Positions 12,151-24,506 of a stretch of DNA of 64,000 nt are shown in pieces; position 1 is the stretch's first letter, and each line of letters starts with the position of its first letter. The position numbers were made by a program, and so were the translations under genes. Below the pieces are notes generated by a model that saw nothing but the letters and a program-made list of their open reading frames with translations, was not told the origin of the DNA and did not search any database. Source of the stretch: Torpedo marmorata. Its lineage: Eukaryota. Where the stretch lies: the NCBI GenBank assembly GCA_977017645.1, contig OZ360222.1, forward strand, positions 19,158,001-19,222,000, in the 5' to 3' direction.

Positions 12151-12777
12151 TTGTCTGAAAGGAGGCAGAGAGTCGGGATAAATGGGTGTTTTTCTGATTG
12201 GCAGACAGTGGTAAGTGGGGTGCCGCAGGGGTCGGTGCTGGGCCCACAACTGATGATTTGGAGGAGGGGACAAAATGTGGTGTAGCCAAGTTTGCAGATG
12301 ATACTAAATTGAGTGAAAGAGCAAATTGTACTGAGGATGTGGAGAGGCTGCAGAGGGATATAGTTCAGTTAGGTGAGTGGGCAAAGGTCTGGCAGATGGA
12401 GTACAATGTTAGTAAGTGCGAGGTTATCCACTTTGGCAAGAAAAATAAAAGAGCAGAATATTATTTAAATGGTGAAAAACTGCAGCATGCTGTTGTGCAG
12501 AAGGACTTGGGAGTGCTTGTGCACGAATCGCAAAAAGTTGGGTTGCAGGTGCAGCAGGTTATTAAGAAGGCAAATGGAATGTTGGCCTTCATCGCTGGAG
12601 GAATTGAATTCAGGAGCAAGGAGGTAATGTTGCAACTGTACAAGGTACTGGTGAGACTGCACCTGGAGTACTGTGTGCAGTTCTGGTCTCCATATTTGAG
12701 GAAGGATATACTGGCCTTGGAGGCAGTCCAGAGGAGATTTACTAGGTTGATCCCTGAGATGAAGGGGTTGACTTATG

Positions 12778-13293
12778 GAAGTGTATAGCAGTAACTTGGA
12801 AATCAGATACAAATTTAAGCATGGATAGGTGGAATTTAGAGATGCGGAGCTGTATTCCTTTGGAAAGAATAACATATAATATGAGAAACAAATATGGGAT
12901 ATTTTTGCAAATTTGGCGTCCATATATCCAATCATTAGGTATGAATATTTAAATGTGTTGCTCTACATCCCAGACCCTATTGACTCTCTCAAACTTAAAG
13001 AATAAATATTGTTGAATACCACGCGTCGAGCTGTGGACCCAGCAGCGATCCGTTCAGTTATTTTTGATAAGAAATATCAATGCCTTCTTTTCTGTTTTTC
13101 TTTTAGTTTTTAGTAAGGGGAGGGTGTTAAAGGGAGGGGAAGGGTGAAGGGTGGGTAATTTTATAGAGGGTGGGTTAAGACTGGGGTTAGATACACTGTA
13201 ATACAAATTATGTCTTTTATTTACCGGAATTAATAATGTATATTACTGTGAGAAAATTTAAAATTCAAAATAAAATAATAAAAAAATTAAAAA
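12778..13293 (+). mobile_element. L1-clade LINE 3' end nested in CR1
   Basis: KCIAVTWK..W..E..LERITY..F.QIWRPY* C-terminus, G-rich 3' UTR, A-rich tail; TSD AAGGGGTTGACTTATG (12762-12777) / ATGGGGTTAACTTATG (13294-13309). Confidence 0.8.
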
Positions 13294-13755
13294 ATGGGGT
13301 TAACTTATGATGAAAGATTAAATCGTCTGGGATTATACTCGCTCGAGTTCAGAAGAATGAGAGGAGATCTTATAGAAACATATAGAATTATGAAGGGGAT
13401 GGATAGGATAGAGGTAGGAAGGTATTTTTCACTGGCGGGTGAGACCAAAACTAGGGGACACAGCCTGAAGATTCGGGGGAGTAGATTTAGGACAGAGATG
13501 AGGAAAAACAGTTTTTCCCAGAGAGTGGTGAATTTGTGGAATTCTTTACCCAGGGAAGCGGTTGAGGCTGCTTCATTGAACGTATTTAAGGTTCAGTTGG
13601 ATAGATTTTTACATAAAAAAGGAATTAGGGGATATGGGGAAAGGGCAGGTAGGTGGAGTTAGGTCTTTGATCAGATCAGCCACGATCTTATTGAATGGCG
13701 GAGCAGGCTCGATGGGCCGGTTGGCCTACTCCTGTTCCTAATTTCTTATGTTCTT

Positions 13756-14070
13756 GTGTATGTGTAATTGTGTGTTTGTGTGGAGAATGTGTGTGTGGAG
13801 AATGTGTGTGTGGAGAATGTGTGTGTGGAGTGTGGAGTATGTGTGTGTGGAGTATGTGTGTGGTGTGAGTGTGGAGTGAGTATGCATGGAGTGAGTGTGG
13901 AGTGAGTATGTGGAATGTGTGTGTGGAATGTGTGTGTGAGTGTGTGTGGAGTGAGTGTGTGCGTGGAGTGTGTATCCGCAGGCACATTCACATTTATTTG
14001 TGTGCATGCACATATGTGTGTGTATGCATGGATAGATGTATCTGTGTGCATTTATGTAAGTGTGTGTTAT
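13756..14070. repeat. GT-rich minisatellite (GTGTGTGGAG[T/A])
   Basis: Direct reading; same repeat at 8501-8585. Confidence 0.9.
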
Positions 14071-14149
14071 TTACCCATACATGGAATGTGGATGTTTATG
14101 AGTTTATTGCCCAACTCCACTTGCTCTGGGACAGAGAACGTTTTGTTGA

Positions 14150-14450
14150 CACAGTGGTGCAGGCAGAGCGGCTGTCTCACAGCTCCAGTGACTCGGGTTC
14201 AATCCTGACCCCCAGCTGCTGTGTGTGAGGCATTTGGACGATCTCTCTGCGGCAACTCCGGGCACTGCAGACCTCCCAAACATGCAGGTTGGTCAGCTCA
14301 TTGACAGCTGTAAATTGCACCTAGTGTGCAGGTGAGAGGCAGAATCGAGGGGGAAGCTGGGAATTCAGGGAGAATAAAATGGTATGAATGGAAATGGATA
14401 CAATGGTTGGTGTGGACTTGTATTGAGGGACCTGTTTCCATGCTACAGTC
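14150..14450 (+). mobile_element. Old tRNA-derived V-SINE
   Basis: Head with GGTTCAATCC B box, decayed V-domain, CR1-like tail. Confidence 0.65.
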
Positions 14451-14544
14451 AGAGGTGGGTCGTGAGCAAGGACAGATTTCCACAAATGAAGGTCATTGGT
14501 TAAACATTTTTTTAATAACAGTCTGGTGGTTAATGAACTAGCAC

Positions 14545-15225
14545 TTGAATTACCACAAAAGGCAACAAGTTTTTTTTATACATTATACTGAATGCAGTGA
14601 GAAGGGTTCTTCTGCGAGCAGTCTAACAGGTTATCTCTAACATTCATACAGCTGTGTAAAGAGCATAATTTACATAGTGTAGGATTGCAATGGAAAGAAA
14701 GATCAATTATCATGAAGCAAGGACAGCTTGAGAGCACTATGGGGATCATTCAGGAGCCTGATGGCTGCGGAGAAGAAACTGTCTCTAAGCCTTTCGGCAT
14801 GCGCTTTCACCCTCTTGATCCTTCTCGCCGATGGGAGGAGGGAGAAGAGAGTGTGGCCGGGGTGTGACGGGTCCTTCAATGTGTTGGCTTCCTTTCCTGG
14901 GCAGCGGGGGATGTAGACGGAGTCTGTGGGAGGGAGGGAGGATTGCGTCATGTTCTGAGCTGGGTACACCACCTTCTGCAGCTTCTTCCGACCTTGAGCA
15001 GGGCAGCTCCCGTCCCACGCTGTGATGCATCCAGCAAGTCTGCTTTCGATGGTGCTTCTGCAGAGGTTGTTGAGGGACAAGGGGGACATGCCAAACTTCC
15101 TTAGTCTTCGAAGAAAGAAGAAGCCTTGGTGCACTTTTTGGACCATCGTGTCAATATGCTTGATGCAGGTCAAGTCATTGGAAATACTTGTTGCTCTGAA
15201 CTTGAAGCTATGTGTTGATGGGTAT
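14545..15225 (-). mobile_element. Rex1/Babar LINE 3' fragment
   Basis: FLRRLRKFGM..ESRLAGCITAW..KDPSHPGHTLFSLLPS. Confidence 0.85.
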
Positions 15226-15267
15226 ATTGGTTGATAGGGACATGATGGGCAGAATGGCCTGTTTCTC

Positions 15268-15915
15268 AAGTTCAAGTTCAATGTCATCTGATTGTACATT
15301 ATACACATACAACGTGACGAAACAGCGTATCTCTGGACCATAGTGCACACACACAGGCACACAGTACACCCCACACACAAATGACAAATATACATAGCGA
15401 TCCAAAATAAATATATATAAAATAATTTATAAATATATACAAAAATAATTTACGGGTTTCCAGGATTGCTCAACAGTCTGCGGGAAGAAGCTGTTTCCCA
15501 GCCTGGCAGTCCTGGTTTTTATGTTCCTGTACCATTTTGAGTGTCTCAGAGATACCGCGGGCTGGATGGCAAGGGTCCTCAATGATTCTCTGAGCCCTCT
15601 TTAAGCACCACTCCCTGAAGATATCGTCGATAGAGGGAAGGGGGACCCCAGTGATCTTCTCAGCAGTTTTAATCACCCTCCGTACTGACCTCCGATCTGA
15701 TGCTTTGCAGCTACCACATCGCACTATGATGCAGCCAGCCAGGACACTCTCCATTATGCTCCTGCAGAACGTGGTTAGGATGGTGTCTGATAGCCTTGCC
15801 TTCCTCAACCTCCTGAGAAAATGTAGGCACTGCTGCACCTTCCTGACTAATGAGGTGCTGTGGGTCCAAGATAGGTCGTCCTTTAAATGGATGCCAAGGA
15901 ACTTTGTGTGCTGCA
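15268..15915 (-). mobile_element. Rex1/Babar LINE 3' fragment
   Basis: KFLGIHL..LSW..LHFLRRL..ESVLAGCI; TTGAACTTGAAC tail. Confidence 0.85.
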
Positions 15916-16019
15916 TGACTCCATGACACTAGTTTTAATTTAAGATTTATTTAATAACTTGAATTTAAATCCCTAAACAGACTTGTGGGGCTTCATACTT
16001 TTGGATCAATGATGTAGAC

Positions 16020-16237
16020 CTGCCATTCTCAACCGTTTTTCAGCTATGCCCCCCCCCCCCTCCCGAGACTCTGTTCAATGTTTACGGGCCCCCTTCCCCG
16101 TGAAGCAGTCAAGTTTTGGGTTCTTACGTACTTTTCTCCTACCGACTACATAAAAACCATAAAAATATTGATGTTAATTTAGGAAAAAAAGCGAGGCTTT
16201 TACTTAAATGTGCTGTGGCCCCCATTGAGAATGGCTG
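16020..16237. mobile_element. hAT (Charlie-like) MITE inserted in an old SINE
   Basis: TIR C(T/A)GCCATTCTCAA..TTGAGAATGGCTG; 8-bp TSD ATGTAGAC/ATCTAGAA resembling the NTCTAGAN target. Confidence 0.85.
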
Positions 16238-16356
16238 ATCTAGAACTCTGGCTTCAGGTCCAGGTTCTTAAGCACTGTACCTTTACTCCTTCACCATCCT
16301 TCAGGGCAAGGAGTTTCTGACCCCAACATCACAACATTCTCCGCCACTCTTTCCTG

Positions 16357-17035
16357 GATCTTTCCTGGGCCCAACACACCAATGGCATCGTGAAGAAAGC
16401 ACGTCAGCGCCTCTACTTCCTCAGGAGTTTGCGGAGGTTTGGTATGACATCAGAAACACTGGCAAATTTCTTCAGAGGTGCAGTGGAAAGTGTGCTGACC
16501 GGCTGCATCACGGTCTGGTATGGGAACACCAATACCCCCGAGTGTAAAGCCCTCCAAGGTAGTGGACACAGCCCAGGACATCACAGGCAAAACCCTCCCC
16601 ACTTTTGAGTACATCTACAGGGAACGCTGGCGTCAGAGAGCAGCAGCAATCAACAAGGATCCACACCACCCAGCACACGCGCTGTTCTCACTGCTGCCAT
16701 CAGGAAAGAGGTATAGGTGCCACAGGACTTGCACCACCAGGTTCAGGAACAGCTGCTACCCCTCCACCATCAGACTCCTCAACAACAAACTCAATCAGAG
16801 ACTCATTTAAGGACTCTTACTTGTGCACTTTATTGATTTTCTTTTTGTTCTCTGTATTGCACAGTTTGTTTACATTCGTTATCTGTTTAGAGTTCTTTGT
16901 TTACACTGTGTACAGTTTACTTTTTGCACCAGCAATAAGTGGTAATTCTGCCGCGCCCGCAGGAAAAAGAATCTCAGGGTTGTATGTGATGTCATGTATG
17001 TACTCTGACAATAAATCTGAATCTGAAATCTGAGA
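16357..17035 (+). mobile_element. Rex1/Babar LINE 3' fragment (same family as 1316-2063)
   Basis: Near-identical sequence; (ATCTGA)n tail. Confidence 0.92.
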
Positions 17036-17309
17036 TACCTTCTGAGGTATGATGCTGTTTAAAACTTCTCAGTGTCAGGTACGGGTTGGAAGATTCCATC
17101 GTTGCTGTACACTGTGAGTAACACCGGTGAGGTCTCAATCCCAGGAGCTCTCACTGTTCAGACAGGAAACATTTAATTTGCAGAATTTGTGCTTTATTTA
17201 AATGAACATTGAGCAGGTCCATAATAATGATGTCGACTGTGGCTAATTATAATTCTGACTACATGTTGGATGCAATCTCATGTTTTGAAAATAGAAATCT
17301 CTACACCCC

Positions 17310-17691
17310 CCCCTGCTTGCTCCACTCTCCTCTCGCTCCCCCTCCTCTCGCTCCCCTTCCTCTCACTCCCCTCCTCTCGCTAACCCTCCTCTCGCTCCCC
17401 CCTCCTCTCTCTCCCCCTCCTCTCTCTCCCCCTCCTCTCGCTCCCCCTCCTCTCACTCAATGTCCACTCTCTCTCTTTCTCTNNNNNNNNNNNNNNNNNN
17501 NNNNNNNNNNNNNNNNNNNNNNNNNNNNNNNNNNNNNNNNNNNNNNNNNNNNNNNNNNNNNNNNNNNNNNNNNNNNNNNNNNNNNNNNNNNNNNNNNNNN
17601 NNNNNNNNNNNNNNNNNNNNNNNNNNNNNNNNNNNNNNNNNNNNNNNNNNNNNNNNNNNNNNNCTCTTGCCTTTCTCTCTCTCTCTCTCTC

Positions 17692-17735
<44 letters not shown>

Positions 17736-17750
17736 CCTCCCTCTCCTCCC
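17310..17750. repeat. CT-rich low-complexity repeat spanning an assembly gap (Ns 17483-17663)
   Basis: Direct reading. Confidence 0.9.
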
Positions 17751-18311
17751 CATTCCTGGCCACCACCACTTCCCACTGCATACTGAAACCATTTGGCTGA
17801 TCTTCATTTTGGCAGCCGGGATTAGACTTTCAGGAAAGGAAGTTTCTCCCTCCCCACCCCCGCCATCTCCCACCCCTCCCCCTCACATGCTCTAGAAATG
17901 CGTCTTGGATTTCTTTGAGTATACTAACCCACAGTTGAATTGAATGTATATTTCCTTGATTTGCTTTCTGCAGATGAGGTCTCATAACTGGAAATATGGA
18001 TTTTTAAAACTGCAGATGCTGAAAATCTGAGATAAAAATGGCAAAATACAGGAAAGAATTGCCAAGTCAGACATATTTGACCTGCTGAATCTTTCCAGCA
18101 ATTTCCTATGAGTTCGTCAGATCAGCTGCTGCGATGGTGATGAATAAAAACTATCGTTCAAGTTCAAGTTTATGATCACATGTACCAAGATTCCGTGACA
18201 GAAGTTGTTTTGCAAGCAGGCCAGTTTGACATCTCATACATAGTACAGCACAAAAGACATGGTACAAAAGTGCAGGGTTGGTGTGGAGTAAAGGCAGCAT
18301 AATTTTCCTAC

Positions 18312-19057
18312 TGTAAACACATAGAAATGCTGGAGGAACTCAGCAGATCTCGCAGCGTCCATAAGAGGTAAAGATATATCACCGACGTTTTGGGCCTGAG
18401 CCCTTCTTCAAGGTATGAGTAAAAAGCAGACAATTGCCTGAATAAAAAGACTGGGGAGAAGAGAGAACAGGGCAGGGGAGGAGGGTGGGGGTGGGGGGGG
18501 GGAGTTCACGGCATTGGCTGTGGATCGGAGGACAAGAGGGTAAAATTGAGAATTGATCGGGGGAGGGGTGGTTCTGTAAATGCTGAGCTGGAGGAAAGAG
18601 GACAGAGGGAAAGAGAGAGAGAGACAGAGCAAGAGTAAAGGAGAAATAGGGATAGGGGAAAGGGAAGTGGGGTGGGCTAACGGAAACCGGAGAAGTCGAT
18701 GTACATGCCATCCGGTTGGAGGGGGCCCAGATGGAATATGAGGTGTTTTCCTCCAATTTGCTGGTGGTCTGAGTCTGGCAGTGCATGAGATCATGGTCAG
18801 TCATGTCGGCAAGGGAAGGGGGCAGGGAATTGAAATGGGTGGCCACTGAGATATTCCCGCTATTGTAGCGGACAGAGCGAAGGTGCTGAATGAAGCGCTC
18901 TCCCAGTATGAAACAAGTTACCTTGGAGAAGGGCTCAGGCCCGAAACGTCGGTTATATATCTTGACCCCCTATGGACGCTGCGAGACCTGCTGAGTTCCT
19001 CCAGCATTTCTGTGTTTTTACTGCAATCACAGCATCTGCAAACATTCGTGTTTCACA
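18312..19057 (-). mobile_element. 5'-truncated Penelope element with inverted pseudo-LTR at its 5' end
   Basis: pLTR + GIY-YIG C-terminus on the minus strand (18312-18906), then a plus-strand pLTR (18919-19057); both carry the hammerhead motif. Confidence 0.85.
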
Positions 19058-19199
19058 TAATTTTCCTACTGAGTAAGTTGAACTTTTTTTTTATTACACG
19101 GGATCCTAGATTGTGTTTCTCGGCACAATCGAAGATCTGTTTTTCACAGGAAAATTAATACAGGGAATTTGAAATCCCCTTTCTCTTTTAATATGTTTA

Positions 19200-19443
19200 A
19201 TTTAATTTAATTTAGACATACAGCACGTAACAGGCCCTTCCGGCCACAAGCCCGTGCCGCCCAAATACTGTACCCCAATTAACATACCACCCTGGCATGT
19301 TTTGCAGGGTGGGAGGAAACCGGAGCACCCAGAGGAAGCCCACGCAGACACGGGGAGGACGTACAAACTCCTTACAGACAGCACCGTTTTCAAAACCGGG
19401 TCGCTGGCGCTGTAATAGCGTTGCACTAACCGCTACACTAACT
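19200..19443 (-). mobile_element. HE1-like V-SINE
   Basis: tRNA head, V-domain GTTTGTACGTCCTCCCCGTGTCTGCGTGGG..CTCCGGTTTCCTCCCAC, AT tail. Confidence 0.9.
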
Positions 19444-19772
19444 GATTTTGGCTGCTTTTCCAAGGCAGCGGGAGTTATGGATGGAGTGGATGGAGGGAGG
19501 GGTGTGTGTGTGAGTGTCTGAGCCACGTTCACAACCCTCTGCAGTTTCTTGTGGTCTTGGGCAGAGCAGTTCCTGTCCCCCGCAGTGACGCACCCCGACA
19601 GGATGCTTTCAACAGTGCACCTGTAGAAGATGTTGAGGGATGCAGGTGATGTGCCGAATGTCCTCAGGCTTCTGAGGAAGTAGAGGTGCTGGTGAACTTT
19701 CTCGGCCTTTGCATCGACGTGGGTCGACCAGGACAGCTCGCTGGAGATGTTCACACCAAGAAACCTGAAGCA
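19444..19772 (-). mobile_element. Rex1/Babar LINE fragment
   Basis: LYFLRSLRTFG..FYRCTVESILSGC. Confidence 0.85.
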
Positions 19773-20134
19773 TTTTTAAGTCTGTAGTCGTCTGTGCTTT
19801 GGCAATTCAAGTACTTGTCCAGATGCAACTTGAATGTTGAGAGACTCTCTGCCTCCACTACCCCCTTCGGACAGCCTTTCAGATTCCAACCTCTCTCTGG
19901 GTGAAAATATTTCCCCTCAGATCCCTCTGTTCCCTATTTAGAGAGGGATTGTAAGCCTCCTCTCCTGAGGGGAGGGGAATCTGAACTGGGGGCCACAGAT
20001 TTCAGGTGAAGGGGGGAAGATTTAGTAGCTGAGGGGCACCTTCTTCACACCGAGGGTGGTGGGTGTACGGAACGAGCTGCCCGAGGAAGTGGTAGAGGCG
20101 GGGACAATTCCAACTTTTAAAACTTTTGGACAGG

Positions 20135-20590
20135 TGAATCTCCTCTGCCTGCACATGAACCATATCCCTCCATTTCCTGCATATCTATCTGTCTATCGAG
20201 AACTCTCTTAAACACTACTATCATTTCTGTGTCCACCACTACTCCAGGAAGTCCGTTCCAGGCACCTGCAACTCTCTGTGAAATAAAACATGTCCCGCAC
20301 ATCCCCTTTAAACTTCCCCACCCTACCTTAAACACACATCCTCGAGTGTGTGACATTTCCACCCTGGGAAAAGGATTCTGACTGCCTATTCTATCTAAGT
20401 CTATTATAATTTCATATATTTCTATCAGGTCTCCCCTCATTCTCCAACGCTCAAGAAAATAACCTCAATTTGTCTGACCTCTCCCCATACATAGCTCATA
20501 TCCTCTAATCCAGTCAAGATCGTGGTAAATCTCCTTTCCAAAGCCTCCACACCGTTCCCGTAATGGGGCAACCAGAATTGCACACATTTC
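20135..20590 (-). mobile_element. CR1 LINE 3' fragment
   Basis: RGDLIEIY..FISQRVAGAWNGLP. Confidence 0.85.
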
Positions 20591-20892
20591 TTCTTTATCA
20601 CTCCCTTGTCTGCTCTTGACGCATCTCATTATAGAGCTGTGCACATGTGGTCACCACATCGAGTAATCTTTTGGTGTATTTTCCAGTTCAGAGACAAAAT
20701 TGACTTGGAGACATCTGTAAAAGCAGAAACCGTTGATGAGCCGGGGATGGCTTGTATCAGGTTGCCACTCAACATCTGACGTTGCACAGGGGACAATCCA
20801 GGTTCATCAGGAAATGTGACTAAGTGAAAATATCACAAGGGAAGTCCTCGACAGTGTTCTCTGCATAACTCCTCCCATATATTTTTTTAAAG

Positions 20893-21126
20893 AATGTAGA
20901 CGTACAGCATGTTAACAGGCCCTTTTGGCACACGAGCCCGTGCCGCCCAATTACACCCAAATAACCTTCAACCCCGGTACGTTTTGAATGGTGGGAGGAA
21001 ACCGGAGCCCCTGGAGGAAACCCACGTAGACACGGGATGAATGTACAAACTCCTTACAGACAGCACGGGATTCGAACCCGGATCGCCGGTGCTGTAACAG
21101 TGTTGCGCTAACCGCTACGCTAACTG
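20893..21126 (-). mobile_element. HE1-like V-SINE
   Basis: Head/V-domain/tail as in the other copies. Confidence 0.9.
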
Positions 21127-21269
21127 TATCTCAGTGGCTGAAGAGTTGATTCTTGAATGACAGAACAGATTCCATCCATCTCAGGGGGGTGACTTGGACC
21201 CTGGCACAACACAAGGATAGATACAGAGCGGCGCCAGCCACCAAACGTGGCCTTGTTTGACCTCAATAA

Positions 21270-21660
21270 AGCCTTCTACTTCAACAGAAGTCTGAGGAAT
21301 ATTGGCACATCACCAGCATCCCTCAACAACATCTACAGGTGCATCATTGAAAGCCTCCCGCCAGGATGCATCACTGCGTGGGGCGGGAGCTGCTCCGCCC
21401 AAGACCGCAAGAAACTGCAGAAGGTTGTGGACACAGCTCAGACCATCTCACACACACCCGTCCCCTCCATCTACACTTCCCACTGCTTAGAAAAGCGGCC
21501 AACATATTAAAGGACTCACTCCACCCTCGGACACTCTCTCCTCAAAACCCCCCCACCACCCCGTCTCATCAAGAAGACGTTTCACGAGTGTGAGATCACA
21601 CACCACCAGAATCAAGGGTGGATCCTTTCCTGCAGTTTTCAGACTTGTGAATGAACCTCA
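21270..21660 (+). mobile_element. Rex1/Babar LINE fragment
   Basis: YRCIIES..GCITAWGG..KLQKVV. Confidence 0.8.
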
Positions 21661-22467
21661 CACAAGTGAAATAATATTGCCTTTGCTCTGTTCTTTATAA
21701 TAATAATGATAATGAGTTTATTGTCATACACTTTGTACAATGTACGCAGGCATCAAAATTCTTACATGCTGCAGCCGAACAGGTACTTTGTTTAAAAATA
21801 AGAAAACAACTGCGATAGTAAACGCTAAATTAAAAAGAGATAATAAATACGACAGATGGATAGATAATAGATATTCACAGTTACCGAAGTGCAAGAAAAA
21901 AAATGTTGTTACAATAGTGCAGACAGTCCTTTTGTGGTGTCGGAGCAGTCCCTGATTAGTGTAACAAGGAGAGGTTCAGGAGTCTGTTAGCCGTTGGAAA
22001 GAAACTGGTCATGAACTGAGAGGTGCTGGTCATTAGGGCTTCTGTACCTTCTGCCCAAAGGTAGCAGTGAGAAGAGGTTGTGACAGGGCCTTTATGATGT
22101 AGGCTTCCTGCTTGAGGCACTGTCTCCCATGCAATGGATGGGAGGAACTGATCACTTGCTGTAACCATGTACTCTGTTTTTACTGCTGAATTATTTATGT
22201 CTGGGCTAGCTGGATTGCACATGGCACGAACTTTCTCACTGCACATTTGACAATAAATGTGAACTTGATCCTGTTGGTGTGGAAAACCCTTCTCAAATTC
22301 ATACCCATTTTACATTCGCTACAGTTCTTGATCCAAACCAATGGGACTCACACAGATCCAATTTCAGTGAAAACCAGAGTCTAAGGATACATCGATGCCC
22401 CAGATTTTCTCCTTGCAGAATTACACCTCACCATTTACAAACTTCCCAGAAGAATAGAGCTTCACAA

Positions 22468-22940
22468 GGATGATTCTGGTAATGAAAGGGTTATCATTTG
22501 AGGAACGTTTGACGGCTCTTGGCCTGTACGCTTTGGAATTTAGGGGAATGCGGGTGGGATCTCATTGAAACATTTTGAATGTTGAAAGGCGTGGACAGAG
22601 TAGATGTTGAAACATTGTTTCCCATGGTGGGAGAGTCTAGGACAAGAGGCCACAACTTCAGGATTGAAGGGCATACACTTAGAATAGAGATGAGGAGAAA
22701 TTTCTTTAGCCAGAGGGTCGTGAATCTATGGAATTTGTTGCCACAGGCGGTTGTGGAGGCCAGGTCACTGGGTGTATTTAAGGCAGAGATTGATAGGTTC
22801 TTGATTAGCCAGGGCATCAAAGGTTATGGGGAGAAGGCCGGGCAGTGGGGCTGAGTGGAAAAATGGATCAGCCCATGATAGAATGGCGGGGCAGACTCGA
22901 TGAGCTGAATAGCTTATTTCTGCTCCTATGTCTTATGGAC
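22468..22940 (+). mobile_element. CR1 LINE 3' fragment
   Basis: RTRGH..RRNFFSQRVVNLWN.LP..KGYG; 3' UTR tail. Confidence 0.9.
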
Positions 22941-23102
22941 TAATCTTAAAATCTTTTGGGGAGACTACCAGTGTACGCTGACTATGCTTCAGAACCCAAG
23001 GTTGTCCGAACCTCAGGAGAATTACTGAGAGAGATTTCTGGCTGCCAGAGGTCATCTTCCTTGACGCTTGTTTTCCCGCTCTGACAGTGCTATTTCAAAC
23101 AA

Positions 23103-23805
23103 ACATAGAACATAGAACACGATAGCACAGTACAGGCCCTTCGGCCCTCGATGTTGTGCCGACACATATATTCCATAAAAGAAGTACTAAACCCACCCTA
23201 CCCCGTAACCCTCTATTTTACTTCCATCTATGTGCCTGTCTAAGAGTCTCTTAAATGCCCTTAATGTTTCAGCCTCCACCACAACCCCTGGCAAGGCATT
23301 CCAGGCACCCACAACTCTCTGTGTAAAACACTTACCCCTGATGTCTCCCCTAAACTTTCCTCCCTTCACTTTGTACACATGTCCTCTGGTGTTTGCTATT
23401 TCTGCCTTAGGAAACAGGTGCTGGCTGCCCACCCTATCTATGCCTCTCATAATCTTGTAGACCTCTATTAAGTCTCCTCTCACCCTTCTATGTTCCAAAG
23501 AAAAAAGTCCCAGCTCTGCTAACCTTGCCTCATAAGACTTATTTTCCAATCCAGGTAACATCCTGGTAAATCTCCTCTGCACCCTCTCCATAGCTTCCAC
23601 ATCCTTTTTGTGATGAGTTGACTAGAACTGAACACAACACCAGAGATTTGTAGAGTTGCAACATGACCTCTCTACTCTTGAACTCAATCCCTCTATTAAT
23701 GAAGCCCAGCATCCCATAGGCCTTCTTAACTATCCTTTCGACCTGCGTGGCGACCTTGAAGGATGTATGGATTTGGACCCCAAGGTCCCTCTGTTCATCC
23801 ACACT
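23103..23805 (-). mobile_element. CR1 LINE 3' fragment
   Basis: KKAYGML.FI.RGIE..ERVQRRFTRMLPG..RGDLIEVYKI; (TTCTATG)n tail. Confidence 0.92.
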
Positions 23806-23855
23806 CGCAGTGGGAATCTCCCGTAATCCCCTCCTCGTATTCCTGTTCATTGAAG

Positions 23856-23900
23856 CTTGCTGTGCATAAATTGGCTGTGATGTTTCCTATCTTGCAACAA
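23856..23900 (+). mobile_element. Deu-domain SINE relic
   Basis: CTTGCTGTGCATAAATTGGCTGTGATGTTTCCTATCTTGCAACA resembles the DeuSINE (AmnSINE1/SacSINE1) core. Confidence 0.6.
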
Positions 23901-23914
23901 AGCCTGCGCTCCAA

Positions 23915-24128
23915 ACGTTTGCTGGTGCACCTATTACCTCCTGCCTGTGGGACCATGCTCCTTCCCCTGCCCTTCCCCCCCACCATTTTGTTCGGGAGCC
24001 TGCCTACATTTTCTTCATACCTTGATGAAGGGCTCAAGCCCGAAACGTCAGTTATGTATCTTTATCTTTGCTATATAAAGTACACCGTTTGACCTGCTGA
24101 GTTTCTCTAGCATTGTGTTTTTACTTCA
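23915..24128 (+). mobile_element. Penelope pseudo-LTR fragment
   Basis: Reverse complement of the pLTR at ~60840-61040. Confidence 0.85.
24016..24056 (+). ncRNA. Minimal hammerhead ribozyme motif
   Basis: CAUACC-UUGAUGA-A-GGGC UCAA GCCC-GAAA-CGUC-AGUUAUG; intact stem II and palindromic ACGU. Confidence 0.72.
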
Positions 24129-24205
24129 AACGTTGATTAGAATGTGGCCTGGAATGAGTAAAATGACTAGAGTGTTTACAGTAGCCTACCAGGCACTTTT
24201 GTTTG

Positions 24206-24445
24206 GGCGGCACGGTTAGCATAGCGGTTGGCGCAACGCTATTACAGTGCCAGCGACCCAGATTCGAATCCGGCGCTTGTCTGTAAGGAGTTTGTACGTT
24301 CTCCCCGTGTCTGCGTGAGTTTCTCCCGGGCGCTCTGTTTTTCTCCCACCCTTCAAAACGTACGGGGGTTGTAGGTTAATTGGGGTATTTGCGGGGCATG
24401 GGCTCGTGGGCCGGAAGGGCCTGTTACAATACTGTATGTCTAAAA
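24206..24445 (+). mobile_element. HE1-like V-SINE
   Basis: Full head GGCGGCACGGTTAGC.., V-domain, tail. Confidence 0.92.
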
Positions 24446-24506
24446 AAATGTTAAAAAGACCTCGGGATAGGAAGGGTTCAGAAGGATATGGGCCAAATGT
24501 AGGTAA

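Larger units (their letters stand above)
8582..13755 (+). mobile_element. CR1/HER1-like LINE ORF2 (APE endonuclease + RT) with two nested insertions
   Basis: AITETWL, GGGV, GDFN, SDH, KSPGPD, NYRPISLTS, QHGF, YLDFQKAFDKV, KFADD, YCVQFWSP; 3' UTR and TTCTTATGTTCTT tail; stops and frameshifts; sits inside a GTGTGTGGAGT repeat. Confidence 0.95.

Noticed and set aside
20686-20780. Possible exon after TTTTCCAG (FRDKIDLETSVKAETVDEPG..)
   Set aside because: No recognisable homology, weak donor, no partner exons.
24206-24280. tRNA-like sequences with A/B boxes
   Set aside because: They are SINE heads followed by V-domain and LINE tail, not tRNA genes.
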